From NCBI RefSeq assembly GCF_030028105.1, contig NC_092388.1:9448508-9512507 (forward strand): 64,000 bases of DNA, in the 5' to 3' direction. Both the position numbers and the translations under genes were made by a program. This DNA is from Mobula birostris (lineage: Eukaryota). This document shows positions 34,323-46,493 of this stretch, piece after piece; positions within the stretch are counted from its first letter, which is position 1; each line of letters begins with the position of its first letter. The notes beneath the pieces were generated by a model. It was not told where the DNA came from, did no database searches, and was given only the letters and a program-made list of their open reading frames with translations.

Positions 34323-35890
34323 GACCATAAGATATAGGAGCAGAAGTAGGCCATTCGGTCCATTGAGTCTGCTCCGCCATTCAACCATGGGCTGATCCAA
34401 TTCTTCCAGTCATCTCCACTCCTCTCCCTTCACCCCATACCCTTTGATGCCCTGGCTAGTCAACAACCTATCTATCTCTGCCTTAAATACACCCAATGAC
34501 CTGGCCTCCACAGCCACTCGTGGCAACAAATTCCACAGATTTACCACCCTCTGACTAAAGTAATTTCTCCGCATCTCAGTTCTAAACGGACGTCCTTCAA
34601 TCCTGAAATCGTGCCCTCTTGTCTTAAAATCCCCTACCATAGGAAATAACTTTGCCATACCTAATCTGTTCAGACCTCTTAACATTCGGAATGTTTCTAT
34701 GAGATTCCCCCCCCCCCATCCTCCTGAACTCCAGCGAATACAGACCAAGAGCTGCCAGACATTCCTCATCCATTCCTAGAATCATTCTCGTGAATCTTCT
34801 GTGAACCCTCTCCACTGTTCTTATATCCTTTCTAAAATAAGGAGCCCAAAACTGCACACAATACTCTAAGCTTGTTCTCACGAGTGCCTTATAGAGCCTC
34901 AACATCACATCCCTGCTCTTGCATTCTATACCTCTAGAAATGAATGCCAACATTGTATTCGCCTTCTTCACAACTGACTCAACCTGGAGGTTAATCTTTA
35001 AGGTATCTTGCATAAGGACTCCCAAATCTCTTTGCATCTCTGCATTTTGAATTCTCTCCCCATCTAAATAATAGTCTGCCCGTTTATTTCTTCCACCAAA
35101 GTGCATGACCGTATACTTTCCAACATTGTATTTCATTTGCCACTTCTTGGCCTATTCCTCTAAACTATTTAAGTCTCTCTGCAGGTTCTCTGTTTCCTCA
35201 ACACTACCTGCTCCTCCACCTATCTTTGTATCATCAGCAATTTAGCCACAAATCCATTAATACCATAGTCCAAATCATTGACATACATTGTAAAAAGCAG
35301 CGGTCCCAAAACTGACCCCTGTGGAACTCCACTGGTAACTGGCAGCCAACCAGAATAGGATTCCATTATTCCCACTCTCTGCTTTCTGCCAATCAGCCAA
35401 TGCTCCACCCATGCTGGTAACTTCCCTGTAATTCCATGGACTCTTATCTTGTTAAGCAGCCTCATATGCGGCTCCTTGTCAAAGGCCTTCTGAAAATCCA
35501 AGTACACCACATCTACTGCATCTTCTTTGTCTACCCTGCGTGTAATTTCCTCAAAGAATTGCAATAGGTTTGTCAGGCAGGATTTTCCCTTCAGGAAACC
35601 ATGCTGGCTTTGGCCTATCTTGTCATGTGCCTCCAGGTACTCCATAATCTCATCCTTAACAATCGATTCCAACAACTTCCCAACCACTGTTGTCAGGCTA
35701 ACAGGTCTATAGTTTCCTTTCTGCTGCCTCCCACCCTTCTTAAATAGCGGCGTAACATTTGCAATTTTCCAGTCATCCGTTGCATCATCAGAATCTATCA
35801 ATTCTTGAAAGATCATTGTTAATACCTCCGCAATCTCTCCAGCTACTTCCTTCAGAACCCAAGGGTGCATTCCATCAGGTCCAGGTTTAT
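34323..35890 (-). mobile_element. CR1 LINE (HER1-like) 5'-truncated copy with frameshifted reverse transcriptase
   Basis: ORF pieces 35220-35924, 34624-35136 and 34410-34769 give PGPDGMHPWVLKE, NYRPVSLT, YLDFQKAFD, SGVPQGSVLGPLLF and LEYCVQFWAP; the FADD motif is broken by a frameshift. 3' tail cctatatcttatggtc. Confidence 0.93.
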
Positions 35891-35959
35891 CCTGTATTGC
35901 ATCAGTTGGATTAATGTTACACACTAATCCTCTGAGATATTCAATTTTGGCCTCCTAAG

Positions 35960-36202
35960 TGTTGTGTATTTAATACTTCAGTAATATTTGAGTAATGTTA
36001 TAAGTATATTGTTTTCTTAAGCATTCTTGTTTAAATAATCCATTATGGGTTATATGTAAAGGTATATGAATTGCATAAGCCGTCACACCTCCCTATCATA
36101 TGTGCATGGCTCAATTAAAGTAAAAATAAAACAAAGACACAATTTCCAGACTCCCTTGTTTTTCTTTCAATTAGCTTTGTTTTGAAGTTACAAAACATAA
36201 CA
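35960..36202 (+). mobile_element. Solo LTR (243 bp)
   Basis: TG...CA ends with inverted termini tgttgtg / cataaca, 5-bp TSD ctaag at 35955-35959 and 36203-36207, and an internal aataaa. Confidence 0.75.
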
Positions 36203-36373
36203 CTAAGCACTTTCAATTTTAGATGTCATGGGATCTTGTGGCTATGCCTTCTGCTGCCAAGGCCTTAAACCCCAAAATTCTCTCTCTAAATCTCCCTCCC
36301 TCTTTTCCATCATTTATTACACTCTTTTAAAAAGTGTTATCTTTCTCCAGACTTCCAATTATTTGCCCTAATG

Positions 36374-38355
36374 CAAGGGTCCCCAACCTTTTTTGCACCG
36401 CGGACCGGTTTAATATTGACAATATTCTTGCGGACCGGCTGACCACAGGGGGCGTTAATCGCGACCGGAATATAGGTGATAAGTCAACTATAAGTCACTT
36501 ATCCGTGGCTAATACTCAATTTTGTTTCTAAAAGGGGTTATCTAATGAATTTAATATTAAACACACAGTGCATATTTTCCTGGCATGAATATAGTGATAA
36601 GTCAATTATAAGTCATAAGGGGGTTCCTAATGTCTAGTCTATTCCACAATTTAGTTTTCATTGCGTTCATTGCAGAAAACTCCACTTCACAGAGATATGA
36701 TGTTGGAAATGGAAGCAACGTTTTCAGTGCTTTCGTGGCTATCTCAGGATACTCAGCCTTGACTTTGATCCAGAATGCCGGCAGAGATGTTATGCCAAAC
36801 ATACTTCTCAGCCCACCGTCATCTGCAAGCTCGAGGAGTTGATCTCCTTCCCGCACTGACATGGATGATTCACCGGGACATTCACAAATGGGTCACGGAC
36901 CCATTCCTTTGCATGTCTTGGGTCATTTGCGGTTGGGAAGTAACGCTCGAATTCTGTCGACAGCGAAGACAGGTGTTCACGCACCAGCTATGTGCCGCAG
37001 TCTCTCCCAAATTCCCACTAATGTTGGGAGCATGTCAAATATGCCCTTGTCCACTCGCCGTCCCCACAGTTCCAGATTGGCTGTGAAACCAGACACTTTA
37101 TCTGCCAAGTTGAAGACAGTTGTCATTCTCCCCTGAAGTGACAAATTGAGTTCATTGGGCAGGTTGAAGATGTCATACAGATAAGCGAGTTTTGCTATCC
37201 ACTCCTCATCACTGATTTGTGCTGCCATTGGTGACTTTTTCTCCTGGAAAAAAAATCTCTGTAGCTGCTCTCTTAACTCAAAAACCCTGGCCAGGGCTCT
37301 CCCCCTTGATAGCCACCTGACTTCAGTGTGTAAGAGAAGGCGTTTGTGCTCTGCATCCATTTCCTCACAGAGCTGCACAAACAGACGTGAGTTAAGGGCT
37401 TTTGCTTTGATGTGATTGATAACTTCAACAACGTCACTCAATACGCTGTTAAGATCAGGTGACATTTTTCGGCTAGCCAGCATTTCCCAGTGTGTGACAC
37501 AGTGTGTAGACTGGCATTCGGGAGCAACCTCTTTGACTCGGGTAGTGAAACCAGACTCGTTACCGTTCCAACAGCTGTGCTTTGATGTCCTGTACTATGT
37601 CATCGATTCTCCTTGAAACCGTGGTAGCTGAAAGAGAAACCTGTGCCACCTTGTTAGCTGCAGCTTCTCCCAACAGTTCACGGCACAAGTCCTTGGCAGC
37701 AGGCAGAATCAATTCTTCACCCAGTGAAAGGCTTCTTAGCCTTAGCAGTACGGTTAGCCACTAAGTACGATGCTCTCAGAGCAGCAGCATTTGTGGAGGT
37801 GGTGGCTCTCAGCACTTGCTTCTGTCCCGCTTGCTCACGTTTTTTTCTGCTCAAAAAACCCAACGGGTTTGTCTTTAAGTGCAGGGTGCTTGGACTCAAG
37901 GTGCCGAAGCAGTTTTGAGGGTTTCATTGCCTCGTTAGACAGCTTGTTTCCACATTCACACACAGGGGGCTTGGAGCGTGCGAGTCACCGGTCGCAATAA
38001 AGCCAAAATTTATGTACGACTCGTTGTATTTTCTGTTGAAGGAAGCTTTCATTTTTTTGCAGTCTCGGCCTCAGCTGTCTCTGCGTTATCATCATCGTTA
38101 GGCCTTTTATGTCCCCTACCATCTCTTCCAAAGAAACTCTCAAGCAACTTTTGTATTTTACTCATCGAGTAGTTGTAGGTTAATGACTGACTGATGTCCT
38201 CGCGTGAGTAATGACCTCGCGTGCGTTCAAGTTCAACAGTGGACGTGACAGGGAATGAGGAAAGGTGCAGTTGACTCATATCCTTTCCTCACGGCCCAGT
38301 AGCACACGCTTTGCAGCCCAGTACCGGTCCGTGGCCCAGTGGTTGGGGACCACTG
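36374..38355 (-). mobile_element. hAT DNA transposon, Buster/Charlie group, internally deleted
   Basis: TIRs caagggtccccaacc / ggttggggaccactg (13/15 match). Perfect 8-bp TSD ccctaatg at 36366-36373 and 38356-38363, fitting the nnnTAnnn Buster pattern. Confidence 0.95.
36602..38165 (-). pseudogene. Disrupted hAT (ZBED5/SCAND3/Charlie-like) transposase
   Basis: Starts MSKIQKLLESFF at 38165; BED-finger remnant (GFIATGDSHAPSPLC, EAMKP); LLLHTEVRWLSRG and LAYL.DIF..NELNLSLQG motifs; dimerisation motif FW...KAEYPEIA..ALK.LLPFPTSYLCE..FS. Several frameshifts and a central deletion. Confidence 0.9.
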
Positions 38356-39429
38356 CCCTAATGGTAGAAGCGACTTGGGACTTTTGGGATATTAAAACTC
38401 CACATCCCGGCTATGTTCTCTTCTCACTTCTTGGGCAGAAGGTATAGGAGCCTTGGGACCCAGCGGGTTCAGGAATAATTACTACCCAACAACCATCGTT
38501 CTCCTGAACCAATGTGAATAACCTCATTCACCTCAACGCTGAACTCACTCAACAACCCACAGATGAGGAAAAACTGCAGATGCTGAAAATCCATGCAACT
38601 TACACACAAAATGCTAGAGGAACTCAGCAGGCCAGGCAGCATCAATGGAAAAGAGTAAACAGTTGACGTTTCGGGCCTGAAATGTCGACTATTTACTCCT
38701 TTTCCATAGATGCTGCCTGGTCTGCTGAATTCCTCCAGCATTTTGTATGCGTTTCCACAACCTATAGGCTCATTTTCAAGGAATTTACAACTCACGTTCT
38801 CAATATTATTTATTTATTTCGCTCAATTTTTCTTCTTCAGCATACTGCTTATTTGTCAGTCTTTGTTTACATATAGTTTTTTCACAAGCTCTGTTGGGTT
38901 TCTTTATTTTCCTGTAAATGCCTGCAAGAAAATGAATCTTAGGGTAGTATAAGGTGACATTAAAGGACTTTGATAATAAATTTACTTTGGCTTTGATTTC
39001 ATTATTAAGTGTATTATGGAAGTACAATTGTGGTGTCTCACTGTTTCAGGTTTGTTGGAAATCTCCAAAGCAAGTTAACATTCTTAAGCCTTCCTTATTC
39101 CATTTGTTCCCTCATTTTTTATAATTGATATAAGATTGGATTCATAACTTTGATTTACACATCAGCCATAAATAACTTATTTGTTTTTTTAAATTTAGAT
39201 ATACAAAGTGATTACAGTCCCTTCTGGCCCAACGAGCTCATACTGTCCCATTATATCCATGTGACTCAGTGTAATTGCCAGTATATCTTTGTAACATAGG
39301 CGGAAACTGGAGCACTAGAGGGAAACCCATGCAGTTTTACATTAAGCTGAGCTTCAAAGCTCTTCAGTCTGATTGGTTCAAATTTCAAAGTACAAAGACA
39401 TTTATTATCTAAGTATGTATACTTTATAC

Positions 39430-40027
39430 CAAGAAGGCAAGACTATACTTCATTAGGAATTTGAAGAGATTTGGTATGTCAATCGAAACAGTCAAAAACT
39501 TCTATTGTTGTACCATGGAGAGCATTCTGACAGGCTGCATCACTGTCTGATATGGGGGGGAGGCTACTGCACAGGACCAAAAGAAGCTGCAGAGGGTTGT
39601 AAATTTAATCAGCTCCATCTTGGGTACTAGCTTACAAAGTACCTAGGACATCTTCAAGGAACGGTGTCTCAGAAAGGCAGCGTCCAATATTAAGGACCTC
39701 CAGCACCCAGGACATTCTCTTTTCTCACTGTTACCATCAGGTAGGAGGTACAGAAGCCTGAAGGCACACACTCAATGGTCCAGGAACAGCTTCTTCCCCT
39801 CTGCTATCCAATTCCTAAATAGACATTGAACCCGTGAACACTACCTCATTTTTAAAATATACATTATTTCTGTTTTTGCATGATTTTTAATCTATTCAAT
39901 ATACATATACTGCAATAGATTTATATATTTATTTATTCTTCTAGATTATGTATTGCATTGAACTGCTGCAGCTAAATTATCAAATTCCACGACACGTGCC
40001 GGTGATAATAAACCTGATTCTGATTCT
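39430..40027 (+). mobile_element. Rex1/Babar-type LINE 3' fragment with ctgatt tail
   Basis: Encodes RNLKRFGMS...ESILTGCITV and SLLPSGRRYRSLKAHTQWSRNSFFPSAIQFLN; ends aataaacctgattctgattct. Confidence 0.8.
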
Positions 40028-40038
40028 CCTTGAAACTC

Positions 40039-40605
40039 TTCTTTCTTTCTTTTTTCTTTTCAAATCTTTTTATTGTTATACTATACAGGAAAAATAACAT
40101 GAGTACGTTGAAGTAACAACACTTATAATGCCTCAAAAAAAACATTATCTTAAAGATTGAAAAAAAAATTGTGACAACAAAAAAAACCTACTAAGCAGAA
40201 AAGTGAGAGAAAAAAAAAAGTCCATTAGGTGTACAACCCCGGAGTCATGCGTCATAGAAAAAGCTTCTAAAAATAAACATCAAACCGCCAGCAAGAAAAG
40301 AAAATATACTAAAAAATTTACAACTAGATCGTGGAAAAATTATATCAATTAACTCAAATGATAATAACGAGCAAATGAGTCCCATCTTTTCTCAAAATCA
40401 AATAAACGTTCAAGGGTTCGACTTCTAATTTTCTCCAAACTAAGACATAGCATCACTTGAGAGAACCATTGTGACAAAGTGGGAGCTGATGTATCCTTCC
40501 ACTTCAACAAAATGGCCCTCCTAACAAATGCAATAACATGTTGGTCAGACACAGAAATACCATGAATATTTTGAGGAATTATTCCAAAAAGCACAGTTAA
40601 TTTAG
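40039..40605 (-). mobile_element. Short 5'-truncated L1-clade LINE
   Basis: ORF 40349-40594 (LFGIIP...RRAILLKWKD..APT..QWFSQVMLCLSLEKIRS) is paralogous to the C-terminus of the 20937-22151 L1. A-rich tail; imperfect TSD gaaactc / gagactc. Confidence 0.85.
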
Positions 40606-41890
40606 AGACTCATCTCCTTAAAGGCAGCCACAAAACAAAGAAACTCAACAGAATCAATTAAAACGAAAGAAGACCGCTGAACCAACAAAGTGCAGAGCAA
40701 TAAAATTAAGCAAATAGTGTTCAGAACTGAAATCCATGAAAGTAAATCTACCAGAGCCTGTTAGTTGCAGGCCACAGCCTCAGATCTGTGCAGAGACGAG
40801 TAAACCTCATGGTTAAATTGAGGCATAGTAGTCTGTCCAATGTATTCAGACCTTGGTGTACCTTATCTCCCTCAGTGAGACCGTAGCAGTTCATACTCTC
40901 AGCAGCCTGTTAAAAATTCATGTGCGCAATGTCATGTATAAGTCATTGCAGGTATTGTTAGATGCCTTGTCGCACTAAATCATGGACAAATAATTTAGTT
41001 CAGCACCTGACAATAGCTTCTTTTACAGAAATGAAATTTATGCCATTGCATCAGTAACAGGCTTGAAACAGTAGGTAGTCTACATAATTTAGAATATAGT
41101 GTCTGCATATCCTTTATTTATGTACACAATATGACAAATTCATTTAAGAATGAATTACATTGTCTCTTCCTGATTTGTGTCGACTGATTTAACAAGTTAA
41201 GATGACAGCTTTCACTGCACATCCACATTTACACAGTAAGATTTTTCAAGATTTCAAAGTACATTTATTATTTAAGTACATGTACTATATACAACCTTGA
41301 GATTTGTCTCCTTACGGACAGCCACAAAACAAAAGAACCCATAAATAAAAAGAAGGCTATCGAACACCTAATGTGCAGAGAGGGGAAAAATCATGCAAAC
41401 AGTAAAAGTAAGCAAATAGCATTCAGAACAAAAGTGGGAGTAGGTTGCGGCCTCAGTTCAGCGCAGAGCCGAGTAAACATCGCAGGGCAGCAAGCAGAAC
41501 CAGATCAACCCTCGCCTCTGGTCCCGACACCCTGTCCTTTCAATCTGGCTTGGTGTTTAAGTCATCCAAACATCGGATCATTCCTCGCTCTGGGACCCAG
41601 GCGCTGTCGCTTCGATTCTCAGTATTATTTATTTATTTTGCACATTTGTCAGTCTTTGTTTATGTAAAAATGAACCTTTGAAATTCTATTGGAATTTTTA
41701 TTTATTTGCAGGTACAGCGCAGAACAGGACCCCCTGGCCCTTTGAGCTGTGCTATCCAGTAACCCACCTGTTTAACTCTAGCGCAATGAGAGGACAATTT
41801 ACAATGACCTATTAGCCTACTCACCACATCTTTGGACTGTGGGAGGAAACTGGAACATCCAGAGAAAATCCGCAGGAGAACATACAAACC

Positions 41891-42477
41891 CTTGTGAGTC
41901 TGTTGGGGTCATCTATTGCATCTGGTGCTCCCGGTGCGGCCTCCTCTACATCGGTGAAACCCGATGCAGATTGGGGGACCGCTTCGTCGAGCACCTCTGC
42001 CACAACAGGCAGGTTCTCCGGGTTGCCACCCACTTCAACTCTGCTTTCCATTCCCTTTCGGATATGTCCATACATGGCCTCCTCTACTGCCATGATGAGG
42101 CTAAACTCAGGTTGGAAGAGCAACACCTCATATACCGTCTGGGTAGTCTCCAGCCCCTTGGTATGAACATCAAATTCTCCAACTTCCGGTAATTCCCTCC
42201 TCCCCGCTTCCCCTATCCCAATTTTACTCTGCCCCCTCCCCCAGCAGCCTACTACCTCCCTTATGGTTCCGCTTCCTTCTACTACCCATTGTGCTTTCCC
42301 CTATTCCTTCTTCACCTTTCCTGCCTATCACCTCCCCCACCCCTTTATCTTTCCCCTTACTGGTTTTTCACCTGGAACCTTCCAGCCTTCTCCTTCCCAC
42401 CTTCTTTATAGGGCCTCTGCCCCTTCCCTCTTCAGTCCTGATGAAGGGTTCTGGCCCGAAACATTGACTGATCATTC
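41891..42477 (+). mobile_element. Penelope-like retroelement 3' fragment: GIY-YIG endonuclease end plus pLTR, inserted in a V-SINE
   Basis: Translates CESVGVIYCIWCSRCGLLYIGETRCRLGDRFVEHL...VATHFNS..HSLSDM...RLEEQHLIYRLGSLQPLGMN (VIY-CxxC-YIG GIY-YIG signature), stop at 42192. The host SINE resumes at ccttaaaga ~42478. Confidence 0.92.
42433..42470 (+). ncRNA. Minimal type I hammerhead ribozyme motif (CpG-decayed cleavage triplet)
   Basis: cagtc-CTGATGA-a-gggttctggccc-GAAAC-att-gactg: stem I cagtc/gactg, stem II gggt/gccc. Confidence 0.65.
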
Positions 42478-42889
42478 CCTTAAAGATGGTGGCCGAATTG
42501 AACTCTGAACTCCGATGCTCTGGGCTGTAATAGCATCACGCTAACCATCAGGCTCTGTGCTGCCTGAGATTGGGGTACAATTGCCGATGTTGTTTGCAGG
42601 GAGTTTGTACGTTCTCTCCGGTGTTTCCTCTGGGCGCTCTGGTTACCTCCCATGTTCCAAGAACATACAAATTAGGGTTAGTAAGTTGTGGGCATGCTAT
42701 ATGCAGCAGAAGCATGGCAAAGTTGCCGGTGGCCCTCAGCACATCTCTGACTTTGCTGGTCATCACAAAACAATTCTTTTCACTATATGTATTGATGTAC
42801 AAGCAACAATAAAGATAACCTGCACATTTACTTTGGATGTCTCTTATAACTTTTTTAGTGTGAATTAAAGTTAGCAACTGTACTCAGAG

Positions 42890-43570
42890 TCAGCCAGAGA
42901 AAGACTGAGACCATGACCCTCAGCGTAAAGTCTCCTCCTTCCGCCAAGGCATATGGTGTCAACTTATCCAGTTCGGAGGGATTCACCTAGCAGGGCAGCA
43001 TCATTCAGCAGGATGGTGGGACCAAGGACAACATTCAGTGCAGACTCAGCAAAGCTGGAAACATCTTCAGATCAGTCAGCAACGTATGGAGATCAACCAG
43101 GTACAGAGTCCACACCAAGGTGAAGCTGTACCAGAGCCGTATTCTGTCCACACCCTTGTACGGGTCAGAATGCTGGTGCTTGACAGCGAATGATCTTGCC
43201 AAGCTGTCACCATTCCTCACCGTGAACATCTAGAAGATCCCCGGTATTTTCTGGACAAGAAAGATCTCCAACCATGCCCTACTCGTTGAGTGTCATCAAG
43301 AGCACAAGGCCTCAAACATCATGAGGAAATGGATATGGACTGGGCACGTGATGAGAGGAGAGGCCAGCTCCATCACCAGGACAGCACTTCACTGGACCCC
43401 TGAATGGCGGAGGAAACGTGGGAGACCAAAGACAACGTGGCACCATGCCATAGGGGCAGAAATGAGGGCTCTGAACCACACCCAGGGCACAATAGAGAAG
43501 GTGGTCAAGGATAGGCGGAAATGAAGGACCTTCATTGCTGCCCTAAATGCCACAACTGACTGACTGAACT
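42890..43570 (+). mobile_element. RTE-clade LINE 3' fragment
   Basis: Translates DIQCRLSKA..IFRS..NVWRS...TKVKLYQS..LS..LYGSECW and W.GHVMR...ITRTALHWTP..RRKRGRPKTTW; (gact)n tail. Confidence 0.85.
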
Positions 43571-46182
43571 GCTGAGTAGAAGTTAATATAACCTCATTTG
43601 TGATATATAAATGTGAGTATGACAGTCTGAATAATCCTGAAAGCTAAACACACCTTTTAAAAGTATGTGCTTGATTTGAGTACCTAAGCAATTACGCAAA
43701 CTTCATAGTCCATAACTAAACAGCATGAGTGAAGCAAACTCATTTATCCAGTCATCAGTGCCCAGTAAAAACAGGCAACACAGTAGCATAGCGGTTAACA
43801 TAATCGTTTACAGCCTGCCAGCTGTAAAATTGGGGTTCAATTTCCAACGCCGCCTATAAGGAATTTGCATGTTCTCCCTGTGGGTTTCCTCCCACATTCC
43901 AAGGACCTACGGGTTAGGGTTAGTGAGTTGTGAACATGCAATCTTGTTGCTCATAGCAAGTCAACACTTGCAGGCTGACACGCACAGTCCTCGCTGACTT
44001 TATTTGACACAGGATGCATTTATTTTAATGTACATGTGATGAATAAACCTAATTGTTTCTCTTTAAAGAGCCTGAATCATTGCTATTGAGAACCTCAGGT
44101 TTTTTCAGATCTCTCCTTTTCAAAAGTGGTCACATCACATTCCGCTGTGTCCTATAAGACTAAGGAAATGGATGAACAGAAGTGAAGCCACTGAAGTGAA
44201 AATAAATACAGACGAATGGGGGAATGTGCGGGATGCAAATAGTGCAGTAGTTTCTAACGGCCATACCAAATAACCTCAATCCATAGCAACTCACAAAAAA
44301 AATGCTTGAGGATTTCAGCAGGTCAGGCAGTACCTATGGAAAGGAATAAACAGTCCACATGTCTGGGCCGGGGCCCTTCATCAGGACTGGAAAGGAAGGG
44401 GGAATTAGCTAGAACAAGAATTTGGGGGGAGGGGAAGGAGTTCAAGCTGGAAGGCAATAGGTGAAACCAGGTGAGGGGGTAGGTATGCGGGTGGGGGAGG
44501 GAGGATGAAGTGAGAAACTGGGAGGCGATAGGTGGAAAAGGTGACGGGCTGAAGAAGAAGGAATCTGATTGGAGACAAGAGTGGACCATGGGAGAAAAGG
44601 AAGGAGGAGGCGGACCAGAAGAAGGTGAGAAAAAGAGAAGGGGTAAGAGAGAAGCCGGAAGGGGGAATTGAAAAAAGGTGGGGGCTGACTTCCTCCAGTA
44701 TTTTGTCTGTTACTCCAAATTTCCAGCGACTGAAGAACCTCTTGTATTTATTCTATATGTTGTTTGGTCACCATTTCAGGAAGAGCTGATTGTAATCCAC
44801 ACACCAGCTCAGCACATTTCTCTTCCTGTCAGGAATACCGACCTGACAAGAGTGAGTGATTTTATTTATGTTATGCATACTCCAGCTGCATCTCATCAGT
44901 GGTGTTACTCGCACATTGGATTCATTGTTCATCTGTTTATTGTTTTAGCAGTGACAACTTTCCTATCACTATCTTAAACTGGTTCAGGTTTCTCAATTGC
45001 ATTCTCAAATGCTTTCTGCATAGTCCTGACCTCTGGACCCATGTGTGAAAATATTTCTTGTTATCATCCAGCATTTCTGTAAGTTATAACAGTGAACAAT
45101 GAGAGCTAGCAAATGTTCAAAAATAATCAAATCAGATTTAATATCAATGACTTATGTTGTGAAATATGTTTTTTATGTGGCAGCAGTAAGTGTAATACAA
45201 AATTAAAAACTATAAATTACTAAAAGAATATATATGTATATATGTGTTTATTTATAAATTAATATATATTTAAATTAAGTTAAGTAAGTAGTGTGGTAGC
45301 AGTTCATTGCCCATTAAGAAATTTGATGGCAGAGGGGAAGAAGTTGTTCCTAAAACATAGAGTGTGTGTCTTCAGGTTCCTGTACCTCCTCCTTGATGAT
45401 AGCAATGAGAAGGGGGCACATCCTGGGTGATGGGGGCCCTTAATGACGGACGCCATCTTTTTGAGGTATTGCCTTTTGAAGATGTTGTGGATGCTGGAGA
45501 AGGCTAGTGCCCATGATGGAGCTGACTGAGTTCACAACTTCCCGCAGCTTTTTCCGATCCTGGTTTGCATGTACCTCAAATGATCACAGTTGTTGTTAGC
45601 CAGACAACAATGTCTTTGGCCTTGGTATTTGTCTCCCAAGGCAGGAGAGAGTGAGTTGATAGAATTGCCCCTAACCCTGGACACATCTGGTTGCCATTTC
45701 ATAGTGATCTGTTCTGAGGCCACGGGAGAGGTGGAAAAGCTCATCAATATAAATAAATCCCGCGAGCTTCGCAGTTGAATCAGAACCTGCTTCATTATCA
45801 CTAACACATGGCATGAAATTTGCTTTGTGGCAGCGAGACACTGCAAGATAAGATCATTACTATAAGTTACAATAAAAATAAAGAAATTGATAGCACAAAA
45901 GATGAATAGTGCAGTAGTATTCTAGGACCAAACAGAAATCTGATGGTGGAGGGGAGAAACTTTTGCTAAAACATTGAGTGTGGACTTCAGGCTCCTGTTC
46001 CTCCGCTCTGATGGTAGTGATGAGAAGAGGTCATGTCCTGGGTGGTGAGGAGCTTTAATGATGGATGCTGCCTTCTTGTGGCATCACCTTTTGAAGATGT
46101 CTTTGATGGTGTGGAGGGTTGTGCCCATGATGGAGCTGGCTGAGTGTACAGCGTTCCGCAGCCTCTTTCGATCTTGCACATT

Positions 46183-46493
46183 TTTTTTAGGCATCCGTTA
46201 GTCTTGTGAGACCATGGATTTGCACCTTGGAAGGTTTCCAGGGCGCAGGCCTGGGCAAGGTTATATGGAAAACCAGCAGTTGCCCATGCTGCAAATCTCC
46301 CCTCTCCACGCCACTGATGTTGTCCAAGGGAAGGGCACGAGGGCCGATACAGCTTGGCACCGGTGTCATCGCAGAGCAATGTGTGGTTAAGTGCCTTGCT
46401 CAAGGACACAACATGCTGCCTCAGTGAGGCTTAAACTAGCGACCTTCAGATCACTAGACTGACGCCTTAACCACTTGGCCACACGCCAATACA
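46183..46493 (-). mobile_element. tRNA-derived SINE (same head as 30012-30234) inserted in a Rex/Babar fragment
   Basis: Head tggccaagtggttaaggcg...gatctgaaggtcgctag, core gtgtccttgagcaaggcacttaaccac, A-tail. 12-bp TSD atcttgcacatt at 46171-46182 and 46494-46505. Confidence 0.85.

Noticed and set aside
36602-37483. Domesticated ZBED5/SCAND3-like host gene
   Set aside because: Frameshifted, internally deleted and still bounded by TIRs and a TSD.
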